In this document: one piece after another, positions 9,078 through 20,122 of the stretch | Numbering within the stretch: the first letter of the stretch is position 1 | How the letters are laid out: every line of letters begins with the position of its first letter | NCBI GenBank assembly: GCA_021810605.1 | Contig: JAJZIL010000002.1 | Span: 1,109 to 65,108, forward strand | From: a bacterium | GTDB lineage: Bacteria > Patescibacteriota > Dojkabacteria > JAKAPS01 > JAJZLI01 | DNA: 64,000 nucleotides | Direction: 5' to 3' | Made by a program: the position numbers and the translations under genes | The notes under the pieces: model-generated | What the model was told of the DNA's origin: nothing | The model's database searches: none | Seen by the model: the letters and a program-made list of their open reading frames with translations, nothing else

Positions 9078-11471
9078 TTGAAAAATAATATCTTTGATAT
9101 ACAATCCATATTTGATTCAGATTCCAAATTTTCTTTATTGAAAAAAGATATAAATACTAATATTCATAAAGTTTTAAATATAGGAGGTATCCCTGATCAA
9201 TTAATTTATTTTTTTGCTAAAATGATGGATTCTTTATTAGAGAATTTTTCTTTTAGTTATTCTAATAAAAATTCCAATTTTGATTTTTTTGAAATTAATA
9301 AAAATACTAAATTTAATGAATTAATAAAAATTCTTGATAGTTTAGAATTTTATGAAAGGATAGAAATTATAGACAGTAATATGCAATTTGCTATATTAGG
9401 AGATAAGATAGATATATCTTTTAACAATATTATATATAGACTGATCTTTTTAGGAAATGATTTAGAAGATATATCTATAAGAGATTTTCTAACTTTCAAG
9501 AATATTTTATCTATTGATAATATATACTTATATAAAAATAGGGATATTTATTTATCTTCATTTACAAAACCAGTATCATCTACATCAATATATTTTACTC
9601 AAAATATAGATTATTTAGATATAGAATTTGATTATACATTATTCCCAAACTATTATTTGTCTATTAATAATTTATCTCAATTTATTCCGAAAGAAATAGA
9701 AAATATTATCATTTCAACATCTAAAGGGGAAATAGATGAAAATTACTTTAGGGATAAAAACATATTATATACAGATATAGATTTACCATGTGGATTTTAT
9801 TCTCTCTCATCTAAATTTGCTATATTAACTGATGTTGAATTATATGGAGAGTTTAATTTAAATCTATACAGAAGTAAGAAAAGTAAAAGGATAGTGACGG
9901 ATTTTATAGATGGAAAAATTTATGAAGGAGATTATATTGTACATATAAATCATGGAATAGGTATATTTAAAGGTGTAATAGCAAGGAGAGTTGGAAATGA
10001 CATGAAAGATTTTTTGGAAGTAGAATATGCTAATAATGATAGATTATATATTCCTTTAGAAATTTCAGATCGTATAACTAAATATATGTCATCATTTAGT
10101 AAAAAGCCTAAATTAACTAGGTTAGGGACTTCTGAATGGAGTAATATTAAGACAAAGGTTTCAAAAGACATAGAAGATATTGCCAGAGAAATAATATTAA
10201 CACATGCACAAAGAAATATTGCTAAGAGAGTTTTTATGTATAATTCAAATAATTTAGAAGACGAATTTAATTCATATTTTGAACATATTGAAACTCCAGA
10301 TCAGTTATCAGCTATAGATGATGTTAGAAAAGATATGTATTCTGAAAAAATAATGGATAGATTAATTGTAGGGGATGTTGGTTTTGGAAAAACAGAAGTT
10401 GCGGCAAGAGCATCTTTTATCTCTGTTATAAATAATAAGCAAGTTTTAATTCTTGCTCCAACAACTATATTAGTTGAACAGCATTATAATGTATTTAAAA
10501 AAAGATTTGCAAAATTTCCTATAAATATATCTATGTTGAGTAGAAATACAACTAAAACTGAAGAAAAAAATATATATAATAAAATAAAAAATGGTGAATT
10601 AGATATTATAATAGCAACACACAAGGCTTTTTCTAAGAAATTAGAATTTAAAGATTTAGGTTTGATTATTGTTGATGAAGAACAAAGATTTGGTGTAAAA
10701 CAAAAAGAGGCTCTTAAAAAGAGTAAAGTGGACGTGGATTATTTATCTATGACAGCTACTCCTATACCAAGAACTCTGTATTCAGCGTTTACTGGTATAA
10801 AAGATATTAGTATAATTTCTACACCACCTGTAGGTAGAAAATCTATAAAAACAGAAATTATAGAATTTAATATAGATAAATTTATAGATATAGTAAAAAA
10901 TGAGATTAGTAGAGGGGGACAAGTTTTTTTCTTACACAATAATATATCAACACTTTATAATATAAAATCATTATTTAATACTCATTATCCTGAAATTAAA
11001 ATAGGAGTAGCATATGGGGCAATGAGTAATCTAAGTAGTATATTATCAAGTTTTAAAAATAAAGAATTTGATATGTTAATATCAACATCTATAATAGAGA
11101 ATGGTATTGATTTTCCTAATGTAAATACAATTATTATAAATCAAGCTTTTAAATTTGGATTAGCACAGTTATATCAATTTAGAGGTAGAGTGGGGAGGTC
11201 AGATACAAATTCATTTTGTTATTTAGTGACACAAAATAAAATATTAGAACACAGTAAGGTCGTAAGAGATAGATTATATACATTAGTTAAGAATCAGAGT
11301 GTGGGTAGTGGTTTTAATATATCTATTAAAGATTTAGAGATAAGAGGTGCAGGAGATCTAGTTGGAGTTAATCAGCATGGAAATATATATAGAGTTGGTT
11401 TTGATTTATATTCTCAACTTTTACAAAAAGTAATAGATGATATAAAAGTAAATAATATTTATAAATATTAA
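9078..11471 (+). CDS. mfd: transcription-repair coupling factor, compact form lacking the C-terminal D7 domain
   Basis: RID (VHINHGIG), GDVGFGKTEVA, DEEQRFGV, TATPIPRTL, QFRGRVGR, TRG motif DLEIRGAGDLVG; 797 aa. Confidence 0.92.
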   Translation: MKNNIFDIQSIFDSDSKFSLLKKDINTNIHKVLNIGGIPDQLIYFFAKMMDSLLENFSFSYSNKNSNFDFFEINKNTKFNELIKILDSLEFYERIEIIDSNMQFAILGDKIDISFNNIIYRLIFLGNDLEDISIRDFLTFKNILSIDNIYLYKNRDIYLSSFTKPVSSTSIYFTQNIDYLDIEFDYTLFPNYYLSINNLSQFIPKEIENIIISTSKGEIDENYFRDKNILYTDIDLPCGFYSLSSKFAILTDVELYGEFNLNLYRSKKSKRIVTDFIDGKIYEGDYIVHINHGIGIFKGVIARRVGNDMKDFLEVEYANNDRLYIPLEISDRITKYMSSFSKKPKLTRLGTSEWSNIKTKVSKDIEDIAREIILTHAQRNIAKRVFMYNSNNLEDEFNSYFEHIETPDQLSAIDDVRKDMYSEKIMDRLIVGDVGFGKTEVAARASFISVINNKQVLILAPTTILVEQHYNVFKKRFAKFPINISMLSRNTTKTEEKNIYNKIKNGELDIIIATHKAFSKKLEFKDLGLIIVDEEQRFGVKQKEALKKSKVDVDYLSMTATPIPRTLYSAFTGIKDISIISTPPVGRKSIKTEIIEFNIDKFIDIVKNEISRGGQVFFLHNNISTLYNIKSLFNTHYPEIKIGVAYGAMSNLSSILSSFKNKEFDMLISTSIIENGIDFPNVNTIIINQAFKFGLAQLYQFRGRVGRSDTNSFCYLVTQNKILEHSKVVRDRLYTLVKNQSVGSGFNISIKDLEIRGAGDLVGVNQHGNIYRVGFDLYSQLLQKVIDDIKVNNIYKY

Positions 11472-11559
11472 GAATAATAGATAATCTTTATAACTATATA
11501 TTTAATTTTTTAAATATATAGTTATATATCAATTTTTTTTTAATTCGTTTTATTATATA

Positions 11560-12579
11560 ATGGATAATATGAAAAAAACTATTCTTACTGGTGATAGACC
11601 TACTGGACAGTTACACTTAGGTCATTATGTAGGTTCTCTTAAATCTAGATTAAAATTTCAAAATGATTATGATACTATTATCTTAATTGCTAATATACAA
11701 GCATTGACAGATAATTTTGATAATCCAAAGAAGGTATCAGAAAATATATTAGAAGTTTTAAAAGATTATATTTCGGTAGGTTTAGATCCTAATCTTGTAA
11801 CATTTGTATTACAATCTGATATTTCTGAAATTGCAGAATTGACAGTACTATATTCTAATTTAGTTACTATATCAAGATTAATGAGAAATCCAACTGTTAA
11901 GTCTGAAATTATTGAGAAAAAAAATAAATTTTCTAATGATTTAATTACTTTAGGGTTTTTAGGATATCCTGTTAGTCAAGCTGCTGATATTACTGCATTT
12001 ATGGCAGATTTAGTTCCAGTAGGTGAAGATCAAGCTCCTATGCTTGAGCAAACAATTGAAATTGTTAAAAAGTTTAATAATATTTATGGTAATATACTTA
12101 AGGTTCCTAAAATATATATAAGTGATGTTCCTAGATTAGTAGGTTTAGATGGAAAATCTAAGATGTCAAAAAGTATTGGAAATACAATTAATTTTTCAGA
12201 TACTACTAATATAATCAAGAATAAAATAATGAGTATGTATACAGATCCAAATAGAATACATAAGAATGATCCAGGAAATGTTGAAGGTAATCCTGTATTC
12301 ATATATCATAATATTTTTAATAGTAATAAGGAAGAAGTTAAAGATCTTGAATCAAGATATAGAATAGGAAGAGTTGGAGATGTAGAAGTAAAAGAAAAAT
12401 TATTTAAAGTAATAGAAGAATTCATATCTCCTATAAGAGAGAGAAGGTTATCTTTAGAAGGAAAGGATAAATATTTATTTGAAATATTGAAATCTGGTAC
12501 TAAGAGAGGAAGGGATATAGCATCTAAGACATTATATAATGTCAAAAATTCTATGGATTTAAATTTTTTAGAAAATTAA
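11560..12579 (+). CDS. trpS: tryptophanyl-tRNA synthetase
   Basis: TGDRPTGQLHLGH, YPVSQAADI, VPVGEDQ, KMSKS. Confidence 0.97.
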   Translation: MDNMKKTILTGDRPTGQLHLGHYVGSLKSRLKFQNDYDTIILIANIQALTDNFDNPKKVSENILEVLKDYISVGLDPNLVTFVLQSDISEIAELTVLYSNLVTISRLMRNPTVKSEIIEKKNKFSNDLITLGFLGYPVSQAADITAFMADLVPVGEDQAPMLEQTIEIVKKFNNIYGNILKVPKIYISDVPRLVGLDGKSKMSKSIGNTINFSDTTNIIKNKIMSMYTDPNRIHKNDPGNVEGNPVFIYHNIFNSNKEEVKDLESRYRIGRVGDVEVKEKLFKVIEEFISPIRERRLSLEGKDKYLFEILKSGTKRGRDIASKTLYNVKNSMDLNFLEN

Positions 12580-12583
12580 TATT

Positions 12584-13807
12584 ATGAAATTAAATTTAAA
12601 TGCATTAAAAGGTTTTACTGATTATTATCCAGAAAAATATTTAGAGAAAAATTATATAGTAAATATTTTAAATGAAGTTTCTCGATCATTTGGATATCTT
12701 TATTATGATGGTCCTATTATGGAAGAGTCCTCTCTTTATGAATTGAAATCTGGACAATCTATTGTAGAAGAAGCATATTCCTTTATAGATAGAGGAGATA
12801 GGATGGTTACACTTAGACCAGAAATGACACCAACATTAGGGAGAATGTTGGCTTCTAAATCTATGAATTATAAAAAACCTATTAGATGGTATTCAATTCC
12901 ATTAATATTTAGAAATGAAAATCCTCAAAAGGCTAGGCAAAGAGAATTTAGTCAATTTAATGCTGATATTATAGGAGTATCTTCTATAATTTCAGATATA
13001 GAGATTATAGATTTATCTATGAGTATATTAAGAAGGATTGGATTTGTTAATGATGATTTTGAAATACTAGTTAATAATAGATCTGTTGCATATAAAATTC
13101 TTTCAGAATATAGTAATGATGTAAATAGTTTAATAAAAATTATAGATAGAAAAAGTAAGTTGCCAGAATCAGAATTTATTAATCTAGTAGATAAAAATGT
13201 AAAAAATCATCAATATGTAGATAAAGTTTTAGAATATTTAAATGTTAGTGGGGATAATATTCCTAATGAAATATTAGATTTTATAAATGAAGCTTCTAAA
13301 TTTGGATTAAATCTTATTTATGATCCATCGATAGTTAGAGGTTTAGACTATTATACTGGAAGTGTTTTTGAAATATGGGATAAAAAAAGATTAATAAAGA
13401 GATCTATTTTTGGTGGAGGGAGGTATTCTGATTTACTTTCTGTATTAGGAGGTGAGAGTCTAGATGCAGTAGGTATAGGAACTTCAGTAGAAGTATTATT
13501 ACCTTTGATTAAGGAATACAATAAGGATCCTCAATTAGAAGTAGTATATGATTATTTCATATCTACTTTTGATAATATAGATAATTCCATATATTCTAAT
13601 ATAGTACACAAATTAAGGAGTAGAGGAGAATCAGTTATACTTAATGTTAATATTGATTGGAATCTAAAAAAACAATTAGAATTTTCATTAAATATAGGTG
13701 TGAAAAAATTTATAATATTAGGAGAAAAAGAATTAAAAGAAAATTCTCTTTTAATAAAAGATTTAAAGCATAAAACAGAAAAAAGAATATTAATTGCTGA
13801 TATATGA
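12584..13807 (+). CDS. hisS: histidyl-tRNA synthetase
   Basis: LRPEMTP, FRNENPQKARQREF, VRGLDYYTG, GGGRY. Confidence 0.96.
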   Translation: MKLNLNALKGFTDYYPEKYLEKNYIVNILNEVSRSFGYLYYDGPIMEESSLYELKSGQSIVEEAYSFIDRGDRMVTLRPEMTPTLGRMLASKSMNYKKPIRWYSIPLIFRNENPQKARQREFSQFNADIIGVSSIISDIEIIDLSMSILRRIGFVNDDFEILVNNRSVAYKILSEYSNDVNSLIKIIDRKSKLPESEFINLVDKNVKNHQYVDKVLEYLNVSGDNIPNEILDFINEASKFGLNLIYDPSIVRGLDYYTGSVFEIWDKKRLIKRSIFGGGRYSDLLSVLGGESLDAVGIGTSVEVLLPLIKEYNKDPQLEVVYDYFISTFDNIDNSIYSNIVHKLRSRGESVILNVNIDWNLKKQLEFSLNIGVKKFIILGEKELKENSLLIKDLKHKTEKRILIADI

Positions 13808-15309
13808 AAAATTCAATACTTTACCAAAAATATAGACCTCAAACCTTTTCTGAATTAATAGGTAGAGAGGATGTATCAAGAATATTAGTTAATGAAGTTT
13901 TAAGTAATAGTATTGGAAATGCATATATTTTTTTTGGAAGTAAGGGTACAGGGAAGACTTCTATTGCAAGGATATTTTCTAAAGCAATAAATTGTTTAAA
14001 TCTAGAAAAGAATGGAGATCCTTGTAATTCTTGTACAAATTGTAAATCAATTAATGATTCAAGTTTTATGGATCTTTTAGAGATAGATGCAGCTTCAAAT
14101 AGGGGTATTGAAGATATAAGAGATTTAAAAAATAAAGTTCAATTTGCGCCTACATCAGGTAAATATAAAATTTATATTATAGATGAAGTTCATATGTTAA
14201 CTAAAGATGCATTCAATGCTCTTTTAAAAACATTAGAGGAACCTCCTGAAAATGTTGTATTCATATTTGCAACAACTGAAATAAATAAAGTTCCTGAAAC
14301 TATAATTTCTCGCTGTCAAAGATTTGATTTTCTTAAAGCATCATATAAGGATTTAATGTCTCAATTAAACAAAGTGACTAAATTAGAGAAAATTAAACTG
14401 GATGATGATATAAAAGATTTAATTATAACAATCTCTGAAGGAAGTTTTAGAGATACTATGACTAATTTGCAAAAAATTTTGTCGATCTATAGTGAAAATC
14501 TAGATTATAATGATGTTGTTAAAATACTTAATTTTCCAGATATAGAATTTCTGAAAATTATATGGGAATATTTATTTGAAGGAAATTTAGAAAAAATATT
14601 AGATCAATTTGAAAGAAATACTATAGATGTAGTTTCATTTGTAAAAAACTCTTTAGATTTTATAAAAAAAGTATTAGTTAATAGAACTTTAGAAAAGCAA
14701 TATTATAAAATTGATGATAAATTATTTGAGAATATTACTACTGATAAAATATTTAATATTGTAAATATACTTATAAAAACCCTAGATGATATTAGGATAT
14801 CTTCTTCAGATATAATATGTTTAGAAATGGCATTTGTATTTATTATGAAAGATTTAAATATTTTAAATAAAGAAAGTATCCCTTCTGTATCATATAAACC
14901 TAATCTTATAAAGACTAAATCAGTTGAAGTTAAAGTAAATCTGAATAAGACTATATCCGTAAATAAAGATAATTTTATTTCAGATAAATTGAGAGATGCT
15001 TGGCCTGAGATTATAAGTAGGACTAAATCTTTCAATCATCATATGAGTGCCTTTTTAGCAAAATCAAATTTTTCTTTTGAAGATAATATTTTTATAATTC
15101 AAGTACCATTCCCATTTTATAGAGATATGTTAATAGAACCAAAAAGTAAGGAGTATTTATCAGGTATTATAAAGAGTGTAATTGGGAAAGATATAATATT
15201 AGATTGTATTGTTGATAAAAATATTAAACCTTTTATAGTCTCATCAAAAAGTAATAATATTGATGAAGATGATATAAAAGAGCTTTTTGATATTGAAAAT
15301 TCTTTATAA
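13804..15309 (+). CDS. dnaX: DNA polymerase III subunit gamma/tau
   Basis: LYQKYRPQTF, GKTS, EIDAASNRG, IDEVHML, NALLKTLEEPP, SRCQ. Confidence 0.97.
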   Translation: MKNSILYQKYRPQTFSELIGREDVSRILVNEVLSNSIGNAYIFFGSKGTGKTSIARIFSKAINCLNLEKNGDPCNSCTNCKSINDSSFMDLLEIDAASNRGIEDIRDLKNKVQFAPTSGKYKIYIIDEVHMLTKDAFNALLKTLEEPPENVVFIFATTEINKVPETIISRCQRFDFLKASYKDLMSQLNKVTKLEKIKLDDDIKDLIITISEGSFRDTMTNLQKILSIYSENLDYNDVVKILNFPDIEFLKIIWEYLFEGNLEKILDQFERNTIDVVSFVKNSLDFIKKVLVNRTLEKQYYKIDDKLFENITTDKIFNIVNILIKTLDDIRISSSDIICLEMAFVFIMKDLNILNKESIPSVSYKPNLIKTKSVEVKVNLNKTISVNKDNFISDKLRDAWPEIISRTKSFNHHMSAFLAKSNFSFEDNIFIIQVPFPFYRDMLIEPKSKEYLSGIIKSVIGKDIILDCIVDKNIKPFIVSSKSNNIDEDDIKELFDIENSL

Positions 15310-15395
15310 TTATATTAAATTTCCAAAATCAATAATTTTAAAATTATATTTATTTATGTTATTATATTTATAGTTAAATTTATTATTTTATAGTT

Positions 15396-15701
15396 ATGGC
15401 AAATCCTTTTTCACAAGCAAAAGATTTATATAATCTTCAAAATGAAGCAAGAAAACTTCAAAAAGATTTAGAGTCAAAAGTATTCAAAGGTGAATCAAAA
15501 AAATCGTTAATAAAGATATCTTTAAATGGTACAGGAGAGATAGTAGATTTAGAAGTAGATGATATTCTTTTTGATAAAGAGAGAAAGAGTGATTTTATCT
15601 CTCATATAAAGGAAGCATATAAAGATGCCCAAAAAAAGATTGCGAAAGATATGTCTAAGGATATGGATCTCTCAAAATTAAAGAGCATGATGGGTATGTA
15701 A
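15396..15701 (+). CDS. ybaB: YbaB/EbfC nucleoid-associated protein
   Basis: About 100 aa between dnaX and recR; ARKLQKDL...ISLNG pattern. Confidence 0.85.
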   Translation: MANPFSQAKDLYNLQNEARKLQKDLESKVFKGESKKSLIKISLNGTGEIVDLEVDDILFDKERKSDFISHIKEAYKDAQKKIAKDMSKDMDLSKLKSMMGM

Positions 15702-15707
15702 TTTAAT

Positions 15708-16319
15708 ATGGATGAGAATACTCCAATTTCTATTTTAGCTAAAGAATTCTCTAAACTTCCAGGTATAGGTAATAAGACTGCTTTGAGGATGGCATATTTT
15801 TATGTTCAGAATAAAAATAATATAACTCCACTGATTTCTTCACTTGATAATATTTATAGAAGTGTAGAAAAGTGTAAGATTTGTAATCTTATAACTTACA
15901 AAGATAGTAATCCATGCAAATATTGTGCAGATGGAATAAGAAATAAACAATTAATATGTATTGTCGAAAATGATACAGATGTAGCTCAGATAGAAAAATC
16001 AAATTCATTTAAAGGTGTATATCATATATTAGGAGGATTAATTTCTCCATTATCTAATATTTCCCATAATGATCTAGAGATTGAATCTCTAAAGAATAGA
16101 GTTATAAATAATGATGATAATTTTGAAATAATTATTGCAACTAATTTTACTACTGAAGGTGAAGCAACAAGTCTTTTTATAAGGCAATATTTAAAAGATA
16201 TAAGAAATGTAAAATTTTCTAGGTTAGCAAATGGCCTTCCTTTTGGTTCAAATTTAGAATATGTAGATTCATATACTATTGGAAAAGCTATAGAAAGGAG
16301 GATAGATTATGACAATTAA
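15708..16319 (+). CDS. recR: recombination mediator RecR
   Basis: LPGIGNKTA, C4 zinc finger, YHILGGLISP, EGEAT, RLANGLP. Confidence 0.97.
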   Translation: MDENTPISILAKEFSKLPGIGNKTALRMAYFYVQNKNNITPLISSLDNIYRSVEKCKICNLITYKDSNPCKYCADGIRNKQLICIVENDTDVAQIEKSNSFKGVYHILGGLISPLSNISHNDLEIESLKNRVINNDDNFEIIIATNFTTEGEATSLFIRQYLKDIRNVKFSRLANGLPFGSNLEYVDSYTIGKAIERRIDYDN

Positions 16320-17691
16320 ATTGAATGATTCTTTTTCAGGAATGAAAGAATTTATTCCAATAGAAAAAAATAAAGTAAAAATTTATTCTTGTGGTCCTAC
16401 AGTATATAGTTATGCTTCTATTGGAAATTTAAGGACATATATATTTTCAGATGTATTAAAAAAAGCTCTTGCATATATAGGTTTTCAGATAGATGATGCT
16501 ATGAATATTACAGATGTAGGTCATCTTGTTGGAGATGGTGATGAAGGTGAAGATAAACTTCAAAAAAAATCTACTCAAGAAAATATTTCTATATCAGATA
16601 TTATAGATAAATATACAAATTATTTTTATAAATCATTAGATGATGTAAATGTGAAGTTACCATCAAAGATATATAAAGCTTCGGAGACAATTGATACTCA
16701 AATTGAATTAATTAAAATTTTATTTGAAAAAGGTTTCGCATATACTACCAGTAGTGGTGTGTATTTTGATATATCAAAGTTTCCTGAATATTCAAAACTT
16801 ATTAATCAAAAAGGATCAGATCAAAATGAACATTCTAGAAAAGGAGTCGTTGTTGATAGGACAAAGAAAAATCCTCAAGATTTTAGATTATGGCAAACAT
16901 CATATCCTAATCATATTATGCAATGGGATAGTCCATGGGGGAGAGGTTTTCCAGGATGGCATATTGAATGTAGCGCTATAATATATAAATCTTTAGGTCA
17001 AAGTATTGATATACATACAGGTGGAATTGATCTGAGGAATACACATAGTGTTAATGAAATAGCACAGAGTAAATCTGCATTTAATACAAATTTCGTTAAT
17101 TTTTGGATGTATAATGGGATTGTTCTCGCAGATGGAGTTAAGATGGCAAAAAGTCTTAATAATATATATAAATTAGAAGATCTAGAGGAGAGAGGAATTA
17201 AAAAAATATCATTAAGATACCTGTATTTAAATTCTCATTATTCTGTTCCAATAAACTTTACTTTTGATTCTCTTTATTCAATAGAGAATGCATTAGGTAA
17301 AATATATAATTTTATAAGTATGAATAAAAATTTATATGATGAGAATATTCCGATAAACAAAGATTATAAAAAGAAATTTATTAATCAAATTGAGAATAAT
17401 ATTAATACTCCTGGGTTATTAGAAGTTCTTTGGAATGTAATAAGAGATGAAAATTTAAGTATTCAAGAAAAGTTAGTTACAATAATAGATTTTGATAGAG
17501 TTTTATCTCTAGATTTTATAAACTATTTTAATATAGATATTCCTAATGATATTATGGAACTTTTAGATAAAAGATCTCAATTAAGGAAAGATAAAAAATG
17601 GAATGAGTCAGATATAATAAGGAATTCATTAGTAGAAAAAGGATATACTGTAATAGACTTAAAAGATAGTTCTCTTATAATAAAAAAATGA
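16309..17691 (+). CDS. cysS: cysteinyl-tRNA synthetase
   Basis: YSCGPTVY, NITDVGH, WDSPWGRGFPGWHIECS, NEIAQS, KMAKS. Confidence 0.96.
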   Translation: MTIKLNDSFSGMKEFIPIEKNKVKIYSCGPTVYSYASIGNLRTYIFSDVLKKALAYIGFQIDDAMNITDVGHLVGDGDEGEDKLQKKSTQENISISDIIDKYTNYFYKSLDDVNVKLPSKIYKASETIDTQIELIKILFEKGFAYTTSSGVYFDISKFPEYSKLINQKGSDQNEHSRKGVVVDRTKKNPQDFRLWQTSYPNHIMQWDSPWGRGFPGWHIECSAIIYKSLGQSIDIHTGGIDLRNTHSVNEIAQSKSAFNTNFVNFWMYNGIVLADGVKMAKSLNNIYKLEDLEERGIKKISLRYLYLNSHYSVPINFTFDSLYSIENALGKIYNFISMNKNLYDENIPINKDYKKKFINQIENNINTPGLLEVLWNVIRDENLSIQEKLVTIIDFDRVLSLDFINYFNIDIPNDIMELLDKRSQLRKDKKWNESDIIRNSLVEKGYTVIDLKDSSLIIKK

Positions 17692-19028
17692 ATGATATTA
17701 AAATAGAGGAGAAAATTTCTAAAGAGGTGTATGAAGTTTCTAATAAATTAGAGCAAAATAATTTTTCTTCATATCTTGTGGGTGGATCAATAAGAGATAT
17801 ATTGATGAATAATCAAGTAAGTGATTATGATTTAGCAACTAATGCAGTTCCAGAAGATTTAAAAAAAATATTTCCAAATGCAATACTATTTGGAGAAAAA
17901 TTTGGAACAATAATGCTTGTAATATCTAATAAAAGAATAGAAATCACTACTCTTAGATCTGAATCAGAATATAATGATAATAGGCATCCAGCAAAAGTAT
18001 CATTTATTGATGATATAAATGAAGATTTAAAAAGGCGTGATTTTACAATTAATGCATTAGCTTTTGATTTAATAAATTCTAAATTAATAGATATTTTTGG
18101 AGGGAAAGAAGATTTACAACATAAAATTATTAGAGCTGTTGGGGATCCAGATGAAAGATTTAAAGAAGATGCTTTAAGACTTTTGAGGGCAGTTAGATTT
18201 TCATTAAAATTAGATTTTGTTGTAGAAGAAAATACATATAATTCTATTAAAAAAAATGCATCTCTTATTGAATATATTTCTAAAGAAAGAATTAGAGATG
18301 AACTAATGAAGATTATTTTAGAGGAAAATTCTTCTAAAGGAATAGAAATACTTAGGGATACAGAATTATTAAAATATATAATACCAGAGTTACTTGTATG
18401 TGTTGGTGTAGAACAGAATAAATTTCATTCACTAGATGTATATGATCATTTACTTTTATCTATGGATAAAGCTGATAAAAGGGTTAAATTAGTAGCACTT
18501 TTACATGATATAGGGAAACCTCAGACAAAAGATGGAGAACATTTTTTTGGTCATGAAAGAGTTGGTTCTGATATTGCAAGAAGGATACTTACAAGATTAC
18601 ATTTCCCTAAAAATGATATTAATTTAATATCTAAATTGATAGAATTACATCTTTTTCATTATGAGGAAAATTGGTCAGATTCTGCTGTAAGAAGATTTTT
18701 AAGAAAAGTTGAAGATGATAATACTTTAGAATTATTGTTTTTACTTAGAGAGGCTGATGAAAATGGTAATCCAATCTCAAGTTATGATTTTGATAATTTA
18801 GCTCAATTAAAAGATAGAATTAATAAAATTAAAAATCAGGATAGGTATTTAAGCCTTAAAGATTTAAATATAAGTGGAGATGATCTAATAAAATTAGGAT
18901 ATAATAGGGATAAATCTTTAGGAGACACATTAAAATTTTTATTAGATGTTATAATAGAGGATCCTAGTATGAATAATAAGGAAAAATTATTATCTCTAGC
19001 TAAAGATAAATTAAATAAATTAGTATAA
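17688..19028 (+). CDS. cca: CCA-adding tRNA nucleotidyltransferase with HD domain
   Basis: VGGSIRD, DYDLAT, RRDFTINA, EDALRLLRAVRF, LLHDIGKP. Confidence 0.92.
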   Translation: MNDIKIEEKISKEVYEVSNKLEQNNFSSYLVGGSIRDILMNNQVSDYDLATNAVPEDLKKIFPNAILFGEKFGTIMLVISNKRIEITTLRSESEYNDNRHPAKVSFIDDINEDLKRRDFTINALAFDLINSKLIDIFGGKEDLQHKIIRAVGDPDERFKEDALRLLRAVRFSLKLDFVVEENTYNSIKKNASLIEYISKERIRDELMKIILEENSSKGIEILRDTELLKYIIPELLVCVGVEQNKFHSLDVYDHLLLSMDKADKRVKLVALLHDIGKPQTKDGEHFFGHERVGSDIARRILTRLHFPKNDINLISKLIELHLFHYEENWSDSAVRRFLRKVEDDNTLELLFLLREADENGNPISSYDFDNLAQLKDRINKIKNQDRYLSLKDLNISGDDLIKLGYNRDKSLGDTLKFLLDVIIEDPSMNNKEKLLSLAKDKLNKLV

Positions 19029-19034
19029 TTTCAT

Positions 19035-20078
19035 ATGTCATTGAAAGTAGGTATAGTAGGTATTCCTAATGTTGGTAAATCAACTTTATTTAATGCTTTA
19101 ACAAATAATTCTGTTCCTTCTGAGAATTTCCCATTTTGTACGATAGATCCTAATGTAGGGATAGTATTCGTTGATGATAAGAGACTATACCAAATTAATG
19201 AAATTGTTCAATCAGATACAATAGTTAATGCAGATATAACTTTTGTTGACATAGCTGGTCTTATAAAAGGATCAGCCAGTGGAGAAGGTTTAGGTAATAA
19301 ATTTCTATCTCATATTTATGATATTGATCTTGTTTTAGAAGTTGTTAGAGAATTTAGAGATGACAATATTATCCATGTAGAGAATTCAATAGATCCAAAT
19401 AGGGATATAGATATTATTAAGACAGAATTAATCTTAAAAGATTTAGAAACATTAAAGAAATTAAAAGAAAACTTACTTAAAGAGAGTAAGAAAAATCCTT
19501 TATATACAGAAGATATAAATCTTTTTAATAAATTAGAAGAAATTTTGGATAGAGGTGATTTAATCTTTGAGCAGGAATTTAGTACATCTGATTTAAATAT
19601 TCTTAAAAAGTATAATTTTTTAACAAATAAAAAATTTATATATTTATATAATTCTGAAGAATATAAACCATATATTAAGAATGATTCTATCTATATGAAT
19701 ATACTTTTTGAATATGAGTTATCTAAAATGAGTAAAGAAGATCAAAGATTATTTTTAAAAGATTTCTCAATAGAGGAGTCTGGGATTAGTTTGCTTACAA
19801 AATTTTCGTTTGACAAAATTGGGTTACAAGTATTCTTTACTGCTGGTGAAAAGGAAGTAAGAGCTTGGGTTATAAAAAAGGGTACTAATGCTGCAGATGC
19901 ATCTGCTGTAATTCATACAGATTTCAAGAAGAATTTTATTAAAATGGAGGTAGTATCTTTTGAAGATTTTATTAAATTTAAAGGATGGAATAATGCTAAG
20001 GATAAAGGTTTTTTAAAAATAGTTGGTGCAGATTATATTTTAAATGATGGAGATGTAGTGATAGTAAGGCACTCTTAA
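19035..20078 (+). CDS. ychF: redox-regulated ATPase YchF
   Basis: GIPNVGKST, NFPFCTIDPN, DIAGL, GEGLGNKFL, TGS domain FFTAGEKEVRAW. Confidence 0.97.
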   Translation: MSLKVGIVGIPNVGKSTLFNALTNNSVPSENFPFCTIDPNVGIVFVDDKRLYQINEIVQSDTIVNADITFVDIAGLIKGSASGEGLGNKFLSHIYDIDLVLEVVREFRDDNIIHVENSIDPNRDIDIIKTELILKDLETLKKLKENLLKESKKNPLYTEDINLFNKLEEILDRGDLIFEQEFSTSDLNILKKYNFLTNKKFIYLYNSEEYKPYIKNDSIYMNILFEYELSKMSKEDQRLFLKDFSIEESGISLLTKFSFDKIGLQVFFTAGEKEVRAWVIKKGTNAADASAVIHTDFKKNFIKMEVVSFEDFIKFKGWNNAKDKGFLKIVGADYILNDGDVVIVRHS

Positions 20079-20122
20079 ATATTTCATAAATTATTAATCT
20101 TTAAATACTAGAATATAATTAT

